From: Tubulanus polymorphus
Taxonomy: Eukaryota > Animalia > Nemertea
DNA: 64,000 nucleotides
Direction of reading: 5' to 3'
Assembly: GCF_964204645.1 (NCBI RefSeq)
Contig: NC_134031.1
Coordinates: 2,418,001 to 2,482,000, forward strand
Each line of letters begins with the position of its first letter. Position 1 is the stretch's first letter. Of this stretch, positions 36,901-50,100 are shown one piece after another. The position numbers and the translations under genes were made by a program. Under the pieces are notes generated by a model. That model was not told the DNA's origin, searched no databases, and was given only the letters and a program-made list of their open reading frames with translations.

Positions 36901-39900
36901 TTTTGGACGTCAATGACCTGCTCGGCAGTAGTATCAGCAGTACATGTAGAACCGGTATTTCCTAGATCTGAAGCTGAATGAACAATGAAATGAAGGTACA
37001 ATATCTGCCAACGTATCTAAAATATTCATTTCCAGCGAGATGAAACACTCTGTCCGACTTCAATACGAGAGAAAATATTTTGCTCAAAATATAGACTCTT
37101 TTGCAATAGAACTTTTCATTTTTGGCTGATTTATTGTGGGATTTCTGTCGTATATTCACCTTACACTGATATTGCATATCATCTCTATTTATGTTGAACT
37201 TCACGTTTCATTGAACACACAAAATTCCAATTTAAGCATAAATTTTTTCACGCAACTGAACCCCATACTTACAAATGCATGAATCATCTTTGTCGACTGC
37301 GCTAGTGCTCAATTCTTTCAATCCAGTCATCAAATCCTTAAAAACACAAAACATTTCTTTAAACCGTTTTTTCTTCTATCGTTCACAGTAGAAATAAGGT
37401 CATCTAATCTAACGCGTACCTTTCTTGTAAAAGCTTTTAGACCATTGATCGTAGCTTTCAGGCAGAGATTCTTATCCTCCGAGAATATGACCACATACGA
37501 CGAAGGATCTAGAACGGAGAATCATAAAATTGATCATTTCTCTTGCTTATTTACGTATTTTGAATGAAAATTCAAATTAAAAAGATTAACCGTACGTACA
37601 TTTATCCTGATATTGCATACAACACTGTATGATTTTGTCATCGTTATTAGCTGCGTCAAACTTCTTCAAAGCTTCTTGGGACTGAAAGAATGACGTAAGT
37701 GATAGAATAAACTTATCTACCGATTAGTAATTAGAGGGTATATCGGCTGCTTACCTCTTTAATCGTTTGGCCTAAAAATTGCGTATTTTTCAGCATGAAA
37801 CATCTATGAAGGTAACGAACGCTTGCTTTAGCTTTCTCCTGAATAATCAACTGAAAAGAGACACGCGAGCAAACAATTAAACGAAAGAGTCACAAAAATG
37901 GGTATGATAGAAGTAAATGTAAAATATACACATACTAATATATGTACAATAGACTCCTCCTAAATTGAATCAATTGGGACCAGAAATCTTTGAGTTAGGC
38001 GTAATTCGAGTTCGACAATGGAATTCAATTCACATTTTGTTGCAATGATTCTAAAATTTGTGTTCCAGTTAAATGATGATTCAGCAGAAAGCATTCATGT
38101 TAAGAGGAGTCTTCTGACTGAACAGCAGAGACTTACCGTTGACATACGACGTTTATTGTCTTTGATCGTATCGATTTCTTGCATTACGATCCACGGTATG
38201 ACAAGTGTTGGTTTCCCTAAACCTACGAAAAAACGTTAAATCAAATAAAACACTTCTCTTATCTGTGTAAGCATTTCAGCTATTGACGAACGATCATCAA
38301 CAAGTGCTATGGGTTCATTCCACATGATGGTGGCTGTTAGTAAACCAACAAGTTATCTACAAAAACAGTATTGGTAGGTGCCTATATGCAGGTCTAAAGA
38401 GAGGGAACAAGGGGTGTGAAGTTACCCTAACATTTTATGGGAAAATGAAAAATATTAAACTGATACCTAAAAAGTTTAAATTCATAAGCTTGTTTCGGTA
38501 TTTCCAAAAATGAGTTTATATTTTCAGATAAGGAATTTTTTTTACAGGGTGCCCTTTTGATCATATGATACTTCTTTTTTGAGGGTGCACCCTCCCCTGA
38601 TATGAGTATCTTATTAGCCATGTTGCTGGACAGTACAGTGTGGAGTATCTTACCGGGGATTACTTCATTCTGGATGTTGTCGATAAACATTAAATGCTCA
38701 ATGAGTGTATTGGTATCCAACACTATCATCAAAGCCTGCGAATAAACAAACTTCCAAATTATAAAATATGAAAACCGACAAATATCGTAATCCACAAACT
38801 GTGTATATATTATCAATTACCCCCTTGCTGAATTCAACGTCCATATCAGATTCAACACGAGTCTCGGCTGTGGAAATAAAAAATTTCATTTAGGTAAAAT
38901 CCAAAAAAAAAATCAATTTACGGTAAAACGAACTGAGATTGTCTCATTACTCACACGCGACCTGCGCCACTTCAACCAGTGACGGCTCGTCAATGCTCTG
39001 TTGCTGCGACTCCGTTTCTGATAATCCGTAACTTCCAGGGAGTCCTTCGAACGTAGCCTGATAACATTCTACCGGTCGTTTGCCTCCGAATTGACTAGGA
39101 TGTCCGGACGACATCGATGACCGATTATCTAACGACGGTCGTGGTGCATTGTAGAAACTGAACTGAACCTGTGGCCGATTTTGTGACTGATTTAAATCGG
39201 GAACTTGCGACCATTCTCCAAAAGTGGATCCCGCTTTCAGACTTTCGATTCGATCTAATACAATGCCCTGAACAAGATTTCTATATAGACTAGGTACACT
39301 AGGTGGTCTAAGGGGTACACTAGGTGGTCTAGGGGGTACATTGGGTAAACAAGGGGGACTAGGTGGTCTAAGGGGTACACTAGGTGGTCTTGGGGGCAAA
39401 TTGGGTAAACAAGGGGGACTAGGTGGTCTAGAGGGTACACTAGGTGGTCTAGGGGGCAAATTGGGTAAACAAGGGGGACTAGGTGGTCTAGGGGGTACAC
39501 TAGGTGGTCTAGGAGGTACACTAGGTGGTCTAGGAGGTACACTAGGTGGACTAGGAAGTAAACTAGATGCACTAGGAAGTAAACTGGGTGGACTTGGAAG
39601 TAAACAACCCAGTATACTAGGCTGTCTAGGAGATATTTGTAGTGAACAAGGCGGTGCGGCATTCGAATCGGCAGCACCATTTTTATCCTTATTCTTTTTA
39701 TTCTTCTTTTTCTTCGACGCGACCCCAGCTACGGTGTTTTGAGCGACTGACTGACTGAAATTCCGTGCGATGATATCAGGTTTATTGGAATCCGTTGGGG
39801 ATGGTTTCGTCGATGACCCAATCGGGCGAGGAATGCTCGAAACATCGCGACCGGTCGAACTCATCGACATTTTTGACGTCGCCGACAAAAAAGATTTCGC

Positions 39901-41650
39901 GTCTTTATAATTACGAATATCCTGAGATATAGAGGCTACAGGGTTTATAGCGGGAGCTACCCGGCCACCCGTCGACTTATTCACCGCCTTATTACCGAAA
40001 TTTTCGACTCGCTCACTTTTAAAGGGTAATCTTTCTTCGGTTTTCGGAGGTTTTACGAGTTTGCTACCCGTCATTTTTGGACGAGGTTTCGCTAGTCGTG
40101 GGCAGCTGGCAGATCGAAGAGCACGCTTCTCTATGCAAGAACTCAAGTTTTTTGCATCGTTCAAGTCATATTTCGACGGACGGCGACTATGAGCGATCGG
40201 TTGTCTCAGGTTCGGACTGTCCGGTGGTTTCTTCTTTCTCGGCGAGGAGTCCCTCGTTTTCGACGTCTGGTCGGCGGTAGTTCTACCAGGAGGCTTACTG
40301 AATATAGAAGTCAAAATTGGATCCGTTTTCACTGCAGTTTTCGCCCTCTCTTGGTAATCAATCGCGGTTCTCCTCGCAGTCGGTAACGGAATCCCGAACT
40401 CGGACGGTTTAAGCGGAATTCTAGAACCTCTTCCGATTCCTACTCGCGTAGTAGACCTAACACTGGGATTGAACTGATCCGATTTAACATTACTTATTTC
40501 ACGTGCCTCGATCGCAGGCTTTTCTAAACCCTTTCTCTTTAAAACAGCCGCTAATTGCACCGTGCTAGTAAACGCTTCCGGTTTCTTCGCGTTAACGGAT
40601 TTCGAAGGTATTTTTTGGCTCGGTTTTTTCGGAGACGACTTTCTCGTCTGAACGACGACAACGCTTTTTATCGGCGATCTTCGTGTCTTGCTCGGTGAAT
40701 TCGACAATTCCGTTTCGTCTTTGCGACCATTTCCGCCGGAAAGTCTCTTGATAGTTTCGGCTTTCGGACGTCGTAATCTCTGAGTCGTACTCGTACCGGA
40801 CGGAGTCGGCTGTTTACTGGGTACATTTGGAGAAATCGATTCTTTGACGCTTTTCTGTTTGACATTTCGAAACAGGTCAGTCACTACGGATTCCGCCTTG
40901 AACATTTTCTTGACATCCGATGCGTCGGTAGAACTCCCATCGGAAAGCGCCGATTTTCTCTTGGTCGCTTCTTCCTAAAATGATCGAAACAAACATTTTG
41001 AATGTACAACAATGCGGACGTTATTAAAACGAATTCAGAAATAATGACTCGGAAACTTAGAATTTTTATTCAAAGTAAGACAATTACTGACAGGTAATAT
41101 AATGGAATAATGAACAGGGGCCAATTGCTCAAAAATTGGTTAAACTTGACCGGTTGACAAATCTCATGGAAATTAACAATACAATTTCTGTTCTCACTAT
41201 GGCATGAATTCACCTTTTAACTTAAACCAACTTGTAAGTAAATGACCCCGGAAATTCATCAATCTAACAAGGTTCTAATTATGTAAATAAGCTGCATCAT
41301 AAGATCACTAGTTACCTCTAGAAGAGGGAACGACTACTACATAGGCCTAATAGATAATCTATATAAAGTTTTAGTTTTGAAACTGCAGTGTAAACCTCGC
41401 CTAATTTACACGAACCGTTAAAATCTTACGGAGAGCTCTGTAAACATATCTATAGGCTATCTACCTTTTTGGATGCGGGGTAAATCCAGCTCGAAACCTT
41501 CGATTTCTGATTGTAGAAATATTCTTTATCCGGATATCTTTTCGAGCGCAGCACAATCCATCCTAATTGTTTCAGTTCTGGAGTCAAGCCCTCAGATTTA
41601 CTCTTAGTTGTTGGAGCAGTAATAGATTCATCGGTTTCCTTCTCATTCAT
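33922..41650 (-). CDS. SWT1: SWT1 PIN-domain RNA endonuclease with N-terminal WW domain, about 1330 aa, 20 coding exons
   Basis: Exons 41465-41650, 38955-40974, 38821-38867, 38654-38735, 38137-38222, 37755-37850, 37600-37681, 37420-37508, 37273-37336, 36882-36973, 36702-36796, 36549-36611, 36345-36433, 36174-36249, 35948-36092, 35620-35894, 35204-35335, 34970-35069, 34121-34182, 33922-34033 sum to 3993 nt in one open frame. PIN motifs IVLDTN, VIPWIVMQEID, NNDDKIIQCC, SEDKNLCLKA; SWT1 C-terminal motif KHWIAVFG; WW GWIVLRS..EYFYN..SSWIYP. A non-coding first exon is likely above the donor near 42415. Confidence 0.9.
34613..34895. mobile_element. Penelope-like pLTR remnant in nested inverted arrangement with a minimal hammerhead motif
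   Basis: Inverted pairs 34613-34647 / 34861-34895 and 34708-34742 / 34826-34860. Minus strand 34720-34684 reads CAC-CCGATGA-G-GGGAT-ATG-ATCCC-GAAAACGGTC-GTG, then AATAAA. Confidence 0.6.
39291..39630 (-). repeat. Coding 21/60-bp tandem repeat in SWT1 encoding PxRPPS units
   Basis: Nine PxRPPS motifs, including three 20-aa units containing PPSPPCLPN(L/V)PPRPPSV. Confidence 0.92.
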
Positions 41651-41722
41651 TCTTTTACCTGTCGAAATCAGAAAAAGTCGATGTCGTTATTTTTGTTACG
41701 CGAAGTAAAGACAGTGCGAGTA

Positions 41723-41869
41723 CAGTGAAACCTCGTTACAACATACTTCACACGATTAGAAAACTTATAACTGATTCGTTCGTTAAATCCAGTATGAAAT
41801 AATTATCTCCTTTAAGACAAGAATTTATTTTCTTTATATTCAAACGATCGTTGTATCATAGTTCCGCTG
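41723..41869. mobile_element. Degenerate pogo/Tigger-like MITE
   Basis: TA-CAGTGAAACCTCGTTACAAC ... GTTGTATCATAGTTCCGCTG-TA. Confidence 0.55.
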
Positions 41870-43423
41870 TAACATTTAGATTGCACAAAGTTAACATTCT
41901 TACTGTCTGTAAGACTCAAACTGAACACGCGCTGAATATCATAAGGTCAGCGTAGATGTTTATTTTTGAAAATCGGTTGTTCAAAAGCTGTGATTTACAG
42001 CACAGTTTAAACACACATACTTGGCACATTGGAGGCAATTTTTGATTGCAACAGCCAATTGCCAATGTTTGACAGGTTCTAATATTTGGCAATCTTGCAA
42101 TTTCATCAAAAACATGGTTTAGAAAGACACATTGATCAAATAGTGAATATTCCTGTATTGGTGCAATATCCACCTCAATTAGAATAGATTTTGAGGATAC
42201 TACTTCCTATGTGGGCTCCTGGCAAAATAAAGGGGAAAATTACCACGAAACAAAAACGAAACCAAATGCAAAAAACTGAAAATATCGACTTTTTGTCTAC
42301 TATTTGTGATAATTTGATTTATCAATGGAATATCATCATCAGTGACACTCGCATGCGGCCTCAAATTGTAACTTAAACTACGGAGAATATCAGTAAAGTA
42401 AAGCGATCCCACTTACGAGTTCAATTAAAAGAATTAAATTTAATTGAATTTGCGGGTTAGAAAAATAATGTTGAATGCAGGTGTAATGGAAAAACTAGAC
42501 TGGTTGCCTGTGACCGGTAACCAGTCTATGGAAAATACAAGTTTCCGTTGAATCAGGTTCGAATCCCACGCGTTGATTTCTGTTGTGAAACCAATCCTCC
42601 TACTTGCTAATCATCATTACGAATTTGGCGATTTGCAATATTATTAAAAGCCACCCCACTTTTTTGCTTAACAAAGATTGAAAATTTATAAATGCTTTTT
42701 TCAAAAGCACGCTGTACCGCGTAGCAGATCGTTGTTCTCTGGTGGTTGGCTCACGACTTCTCATGCTTCTGTGAATGGAAATGGCCCCAAAACGCATCTC
42801 CGGCGATTGAATTTTCAAAATTTTTCAGGGGCGGGCCCAAGACCCCCCTTCAAAAATAAGCCTCGCCACTGAAAAAGCCGACGGCTCTGAAAAATCAAAC
42901 CGATCTTCAGTGGAAATATCATATTAGCGGCGGGTGGTGTAACATATGCCGTCACAAAAAATATTGCAGAGGAATTTCGAAGGGCATTTAAAATTTTAGA
43001 CCGTGTTGGGCATGACGGCCTGGATCCACCCCTGTGAGATGGCTATATTGACAATCAAAAAGATTGCTAATTTCGTAATTACTCCCTCGGCAGCTCAACG
43101 CCGCTTCTAACCGGTCAACAAGTGTCAGTGTGTCCGGGTTAAAGTGGCAAGCTGTATTGCCAATTTTCGATTATCATGTTTTCCGGACATCCTCGTCTCC
43201 GCACCATGTTGGTGGGAATATTGGGTTGAGAAAAAGGGGTGGATTGCAAGATAACAAAAAACACTGACTGGTGGTGAACTAACAAAGTTCAGAGTAGCTA
43301 AACAAATAAAGAATTTCAATCATATTTATTCTCATACAACAATACAAAATGCCAGGTTTGTGCTCGAGGAATTATAATGTAAGCTCCTCAAACACGTGGA
43401 CTGTATTTCAATAACAGTCCAAC

Positions 43424-43464
43424 CATGGATGTATAAACTATAAACTAGAGTTTATACATCCATG
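43424..43464. mobile_element. 41-bp P-element-like mini-MITE
   Basis: 16-bp perfect TIR CATGGATGTATAAACT; 7-bp TSD GTCCAAC (43417-43423, 43465-43471). Confidence 0.75.
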
Positions 43465-46400
43465 GTCCAACCATAGACTCTAAAACAGAAACGTATGGCC
43501 CACAACCATGGACTCTCAGTCCATGGCTCCCCGCACTAAAACCAGAGATAAACCTGGCCAAATACTCTGGAAAGCGTTAGATTTAATGAATCAATCTGAT
43601 TTACATTTTTACTTTTTAAATCTATACCCGGCCGGCCACCTATCTACCAAGATATTACTGTAAAATCATGATCAAGCTAACCATAACAGCCCTGGCAGAA
43701 ATATATAAACTGATTACAAATTTCATTGATTTATGAAATGACCCGACCGATCAAGAAAAACAAGGTATCATTTTTAGCCTTATAATAATGACTTAAGATT
43801 ATTCAAAAAATAAAATTACTAGCTTTTAATATCACATATCATGCAAGGTATTTCAAGGTTTTTATTCACCCAAAAAAATTTCCACTGCAACGGATTCATA
43901 CAATTTGAATCAATAGGAAAATAACGAAATTACACAAAGAATTGTAAACTTGGATCCATAAAACACCGACAATGGGGACCAGTCTGACTATTAATTTGAC
44001 ATTTCATGATGTCACCAGGCATAAGGACACTTGTCTATTTCATGAAATATGAAGCATTCTATCATATCAACTATTCAGCAAATTACAATGTAAGAGAAAG
44101 ATTTCCGTTTATACAAAAAACTACAAAACATATTTCCAACATATAAACATTAAAGCTGGACATAAAACCACAAATTCACTCAAATAATCCAGCTCTAATT
44201 TCATTTCATTAACATTATTTTTACAAGAAAACTGAAATTTTGCAAACTTTGCATTGTATTCTAGGAATTATCAGTTCTTCCTTAACTAATGGGTGAACTG
44301 TATTTGAAGAAAAAACAGTTCAACATAAAAGCATTAAAACCAGAGATAAAACCTAAAGATTCAACTCTGGAAAGCTTGAGATTAGCTAGTCAATCTTTAT
44401 TTTCATTTTCATTTAAATTATTCTACAAGATAACAAGAGTTTTACAAGATAGCTAGAGTTTTTCCAACTTTGCCTGAGATTTTCAAACATTATCAGTTCG
44501 CTCATTTAATACAACGTTATTGCAGGGAAAACATGACAATAATTTTACTATCGATAACTTATCACGTTTATAGCTGTTTAACATTCTTTCTAGAAAAGAG
44601 TTAAATGTATCTCCCAGATATTAGCCCTAAAACAATTAACAGTTACAGCAGTGACAGGGTGTGATACATAGGTAAATGGACGCGTGATCTTTCATCAGTT
44701 ATTTGAAGCATTCTATCAAAACAGATATTTTTTAGTGTGTTTGATTTAGTTAAGGTTTATGGTTATTTGTTTTGTTTATTACTGAGCCGATAGAATGCTT
44801 AAAACAACAACAGAAAGGATCTCAAGAGGTTGGGAAACACGGAGAAGGTTGTTCTATGAAAGAAGAACCTTTAATAATTAGATTAAGTTGATTAGAAAAA
44901 ATGCCTGATGATGAAGGCCTATAGAGTATATACTAATTGTTTGTTGGTTTTGTTTACTTTTATTACTTATAATTTAATTTGGTTTTTTTTTGTTATGTAT
45001 TTTTTTATTAATTGTTTTTTTTAAATGTATTTTTTTAAATTATGTTCTATGTATTTTGTACTATTTATTACAATTTACATCATCAGGAATTTTTTATCAG
45101 TGAAATTATGGGCTCACTTAAAAAAAGTGCTACAAAATCACCGCTGCACCTAAATAATTGTTTATTATAAAACACCACGATTAGTATGAAAGCCACTCAA
45201 CCTTATGATATGGATGACAATGAAAGAAGTCAAAACAGCTATAAACAAAATTAAAACGATCAAAATCATTGCAGGTCATTATTATCATTCCTTTATATCA
45301 TTTTACTCCTAGCTATACCTCTCTTATATATACCTCTGTGGATACAATGTACTTAGATATAAGTTTTCATATACCAAGCTATGATTATCTACATGGAAGC
45401 TCAATGCTAAAACTCTGTGAAAATCAATATATTAGACTCATTAGTCAAATCGCTTTTATGGGCCTTCAAAAAAATTAATGTCATCAAAAATACATCAACA
45501 GTTTGGTATACTTATTATTTGTACCAGGGAAGTGTAATGAGTATTGAATCTCATTACACTTCCCTGTTTGTACATAGAACACTGCCTAGTCTATGTTTTT
45601 CTAAACTACGTGATGATATTCGGGGGGCGTAGCCAGTCTATACTAATTGTACTAAAGGCCCGGCCCTTCACTTTTCGGCCAAGGAGTCATTTTCAATATT
45701 CAAAGTCCATAAACTTGCTGGGCGAGTTCAGGAGTTCAAACTAATAACGTTCCAACATCCATTTTTGCGTTTAAAAGTTGCAACTGTTTAACTGACTACG
45801 CTCTCCCTTTTGAACATTTAGGCTATGCAAATCATTTTCACCCACAGATAATATAAATGAATCACTATTTCTAATATTAATAATCGAATAAAGACTATGA
45901 GAGTAATTCATCCTATGAACTATGTCATTATTACAAATTATGCAAAGCTATGTTTAACTGAAGTATGAAGATTATCTGAACTATCCTATCAATATTATAT
46001 CTCAAATTAGGTGTATTTCAACCGACCTACAAGTCGAACTGATCAATACCATGCATTAATGGAGCGCAAATTTTATGAGACTCCAAGAAGGAACTTTAAG
46101 GACTTAAATGACTCATCTGTTTAACAAATCTAAACAGTTTGCCTAATCAATATAAAGAATCAGGAGGATGCCATTTTTTTGAAATATTCAAATATGAATA
46201 GTTCCTTCTCAGGCCCAGAGCCCAAATTACCTAATTTTCATTAATCGACATTTCAACTACTAATCAACTATTTCTTTAGTTTATTCCGCCCCTTCAAATA
46301 GACAGTGAATTTTGTAAACTCATGTTACACATCAGACTGATTTGTAAAAAGGTGATACGTAAAATAAATGAATACTTCACATATTCTACTGTTGTTGCTG

Positions 46401-47152
46401 CTCCTGAATAAGGGTTTATAAGATACGCATTGTCTCTGCTGCTCCTGAATAATTGTAATAAGACACGCAATGTCTCTGCTCCATCAATTGTAGAAGAACT
46501 CCATCATTGAACCGATGAACCGATGCTGGCTGAATTTCTCATCTGGACTTCAGCAGTTAAATTCAAGTTGGATTCATTCTGCTGACTGTTCTAATCAGTA
46601 GATTCTAGATGGTTAGTTGATCTTAGTATGGGCTTTATCTCATGTGATTCAGCTGAAAATATCCTGTATTCACACAATATTTCATATAACATTAATCATA
46701 ATAATTTCCATGTAAATCAACTTACCTTTCAAGATTGCTGAGTATCGGCTAGGATTGTCTTAGTTGGTTCATAAGTTAAATTTGTTGGACTCTTCCTTGG
46801 TAGTTGATGAGTTCAATTCAAGTTGTACCTTCTATGATTGCTGGGTTCATTATCGGCGAGGATCTCCTGGTTTTTGAGTTTCGAATCGGCCCCTTCTGTG
46901 CGCTGTTCTCTAATTGGCAGATTTCTGATGATTTGTCGACATCAAGCTCTCGTTTGAGTTGGTGTCCCTTACAATCCTACCACACCTGCTGGGAGCGAAA
47001 CTGAAATGGGAAATCGAAGTACAGATATAGTTGTGTGATCGGCGGTCGAGTTTACAGAATTCATTTTCTTTAAACTCAAGCAAATAATTGGAAATTTGGT
47101 TCCAGTTCATTCAAACAATCTTCCAACCAGTCTAAACGGCAAGCGACTGATT

Positions 47153-50100
47153 GGGGTTAACTTTTTTTCTCTGCCTATTTTAATATCGAGATTTTGGATA
47201 TCTATATTACAAGGTTAACTTTTTTTCTGCCTATTTCAATATATCTAGATTTTGGGGATCTATATAACAAGGTTAATTTTTTTTTGCCTATTTGAATACA
47301 TCTGGATTTTGGATATCTATATTACAAGGATAATTCTTTTTTCTGCCTATTTGAATACATCTAGATTTTGAATATCTATATAACAAAGTTTATTTTTTTT
47401 CTGCCTATTTAAATACAACTGGATTTTGGATATCTATATTTATACAAGGATAATTCTTTTTTCTGCCTATTCCAATACATATAGATTTTGGATATCTATA
47501 TTACAAGGTTAACTTTTTTTCTGCCTATTTGAATACATCTAGATTTTGGATATCTATATTACAAGGTTAAATTTCTTTTCTACCTAATTTATTACATCGA
47601 GATTTTGGATATCTATATTACAAGGTTAACTTTCTTTTCTACCTAATTTATTACATCGAGATTTTGGAAATCTATATTACAAGGTTAACTTTTTTTCTGC
47701 CTATTTCAATACGTCTAGATTTTGGATATCTATATTACAAAGTTTTTTTTTTTCTGCCTATTTAAATACAACTGGATTTTGGATATCTATATTTATACAA
47801 GGATAATTCTTTTTTCTGCCTATTCCAATACATATAGATTTTGGATATCTATATTACAAGGTTAACTTTTTTTCCTGCCTAATTTATTACATCGAGATTT
47901 TGGATATCTATATTACAAGGTTAATTTTTCTTTCTGCCTATTTCAATACATCTAGATTTTGGATATCTATATTACAAGGTTAATTTTTTTTCTGCCTAAT
48001 TTATTACATCGAGATTTTGGATATCTATATTACAAGGTTAACTTTCTTTTCTGCCTAATTTATTACATCGAGATTTTGGATATCTATATTACAAGGTTAA
48101 TTTTTTTTCTGCCTGTTTCAATACATCTAGATTTTGGATATCTATATTACAAGGTTAATTTTTTTTCTGCCTAATTTATTACATCGAGATTTTGGTTATC
48201 TATATTACAAGGTTAATTTTTTTTTCTGCCTATTTCAATACATCTAGGTTTTGGATATCTATATTACAAGGTTAACTTTTTTTCTGCCTAATTTATACAT
48301 CGAGATTTTGGATATCTATATTACAAGGTTAAATTTTTTTCTGCCTTATTTATACATCGAGATTTTGGATATCTATATCACGAGGTTTACTTTTTTTCGT
48401 GCCTTGCTGCTCCTGAATAAGTGATTATAAGATGTGCATTGTCTGTGCTGCTCCTGAATAAGTGTTTATAAGATATGCATTGTCTGTGCTGCTCCTTAAT
48501 AAATGTTTATAAGATACGCATTGTCTGTGCTGCTCCTGAAAAAAATTGTTTATAAGATACGCATTGTCTGTGCTGCTCCTGAATAAGTGTTTATAAGATA
48601 CGCATTGTCTCAGCTGCTCCTGCTTAATTGTTTATACATCTGGACATCTGGTATATCTATATTACAAGGTTACCTTTTTTTCTGCCTATTTGAATACATT
48701 GAGATTTTGGATATCTATATTACAAGGTTTATTTTTTTTTCTGCCTATTTCAATACGTCTAGATTTTGGATATCTATATTACAAGGTTAATTTTTTTTTC
48801 TGCCTAATTTATTACATCGAGATTTTGGATATCTATGTTACAAGGTTAACTTTTTTTCTGCCTAATTTATACATCGAGATTTTGGATATCTATATTACAA
48901 GGTTAAATTTTTTTTTTCTGCCTATTTCAATACATCTAGATTTTGGATATCTATATTTATTACGAGGTTAATTTTTTTTCTGCCTAATTTATTACATCGA
49001 GATTTTGGATATCTATATTACAAGGTAAACTTTTTTTCTGCCTATTTCAATACATCTAGATTTTGGATATCTATATTACAAGGTTAATTTTTTTTTTCTG
49101 CCTAATTTATTACATCGAGATTTTGGATATCTATATTACAAGGTTAACTTTTTTTTCTGCCTATTTCAATACATCTAGATTTTGGATATCTATATTACAA
49201 GGTTAATTTTTTTTCTGCCTAATTTATTACATCGAGATTTTGGATTTCTATATTACAAGGTTAACTTTTTTTCTGCCTAATTTATACATCGAGATTTTGG
49301 ATATCTATATTACAAGGTTAATTTTTTTTTCTGCCTATTTCAATACATCTAGATTTTGGATATCTATATTACAAGGTTAATTTTTTTTCTGCCTATTTCA
49401 ATACATCTAGATTTTGGATATCTATATTACAAGGTTAATTTTTTTTTTCTGCCTAATTTATTACATCGAGATTTTGGATATCTATATTACAAGGTTAATT
49501 TTTTTTTCTGCCTATTTCAATACATCTAGATTTTGGATATCTATATTACAAGGTTAACTTTTTTTCTGCCTATTTCAATACATCTAGATTTTGGATATCT
49601 ATATTACAAGGTTAATTTTTTTTTCTGCCTAATTTATTACATCGAGATTTTGGATATCTATATTACAAGGTTTACTTTTTTTCTGCCTAATTTATACATT
49701 GAGATTTTGGATATCTATATTACAAGGTTAACTTTTTTTCTGCCTAATTTATACATCGAGATTTTGGATAGCTATATCACGAGGTTTACTTTTTTCATGC
49801 CTTGCTGCTCCTGAATAAGTGATTATAAGATGTGCATTGTCTGTGCTGCTCCTGAATAAGTGTTTATAAGATACACATTGTCTGTGCTGCTCCTGAATAA
49901 GTGTTTATAAGATACGCATTGTCTCAGCTGCTCCTGCTTAATTGTTTATACATCTGGATATCTGGTATATCTATATTACAAGGTTACCTTTTTTTCTGCC
50001 CATTTGAATACATTTGAGATTTTGGATATCTATATTACGAGGTTAATTTTTTTTTCTGCCTATTTCAATACATCGAGATTTTGGATATCTATATTACAAG

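Noticed and set aside
39255-39742. Gly/Leu-rich plus-strand ORF and alternative-frame HLVY ORF
   Set aside because: Shadows of the SWT1 proline repeat.
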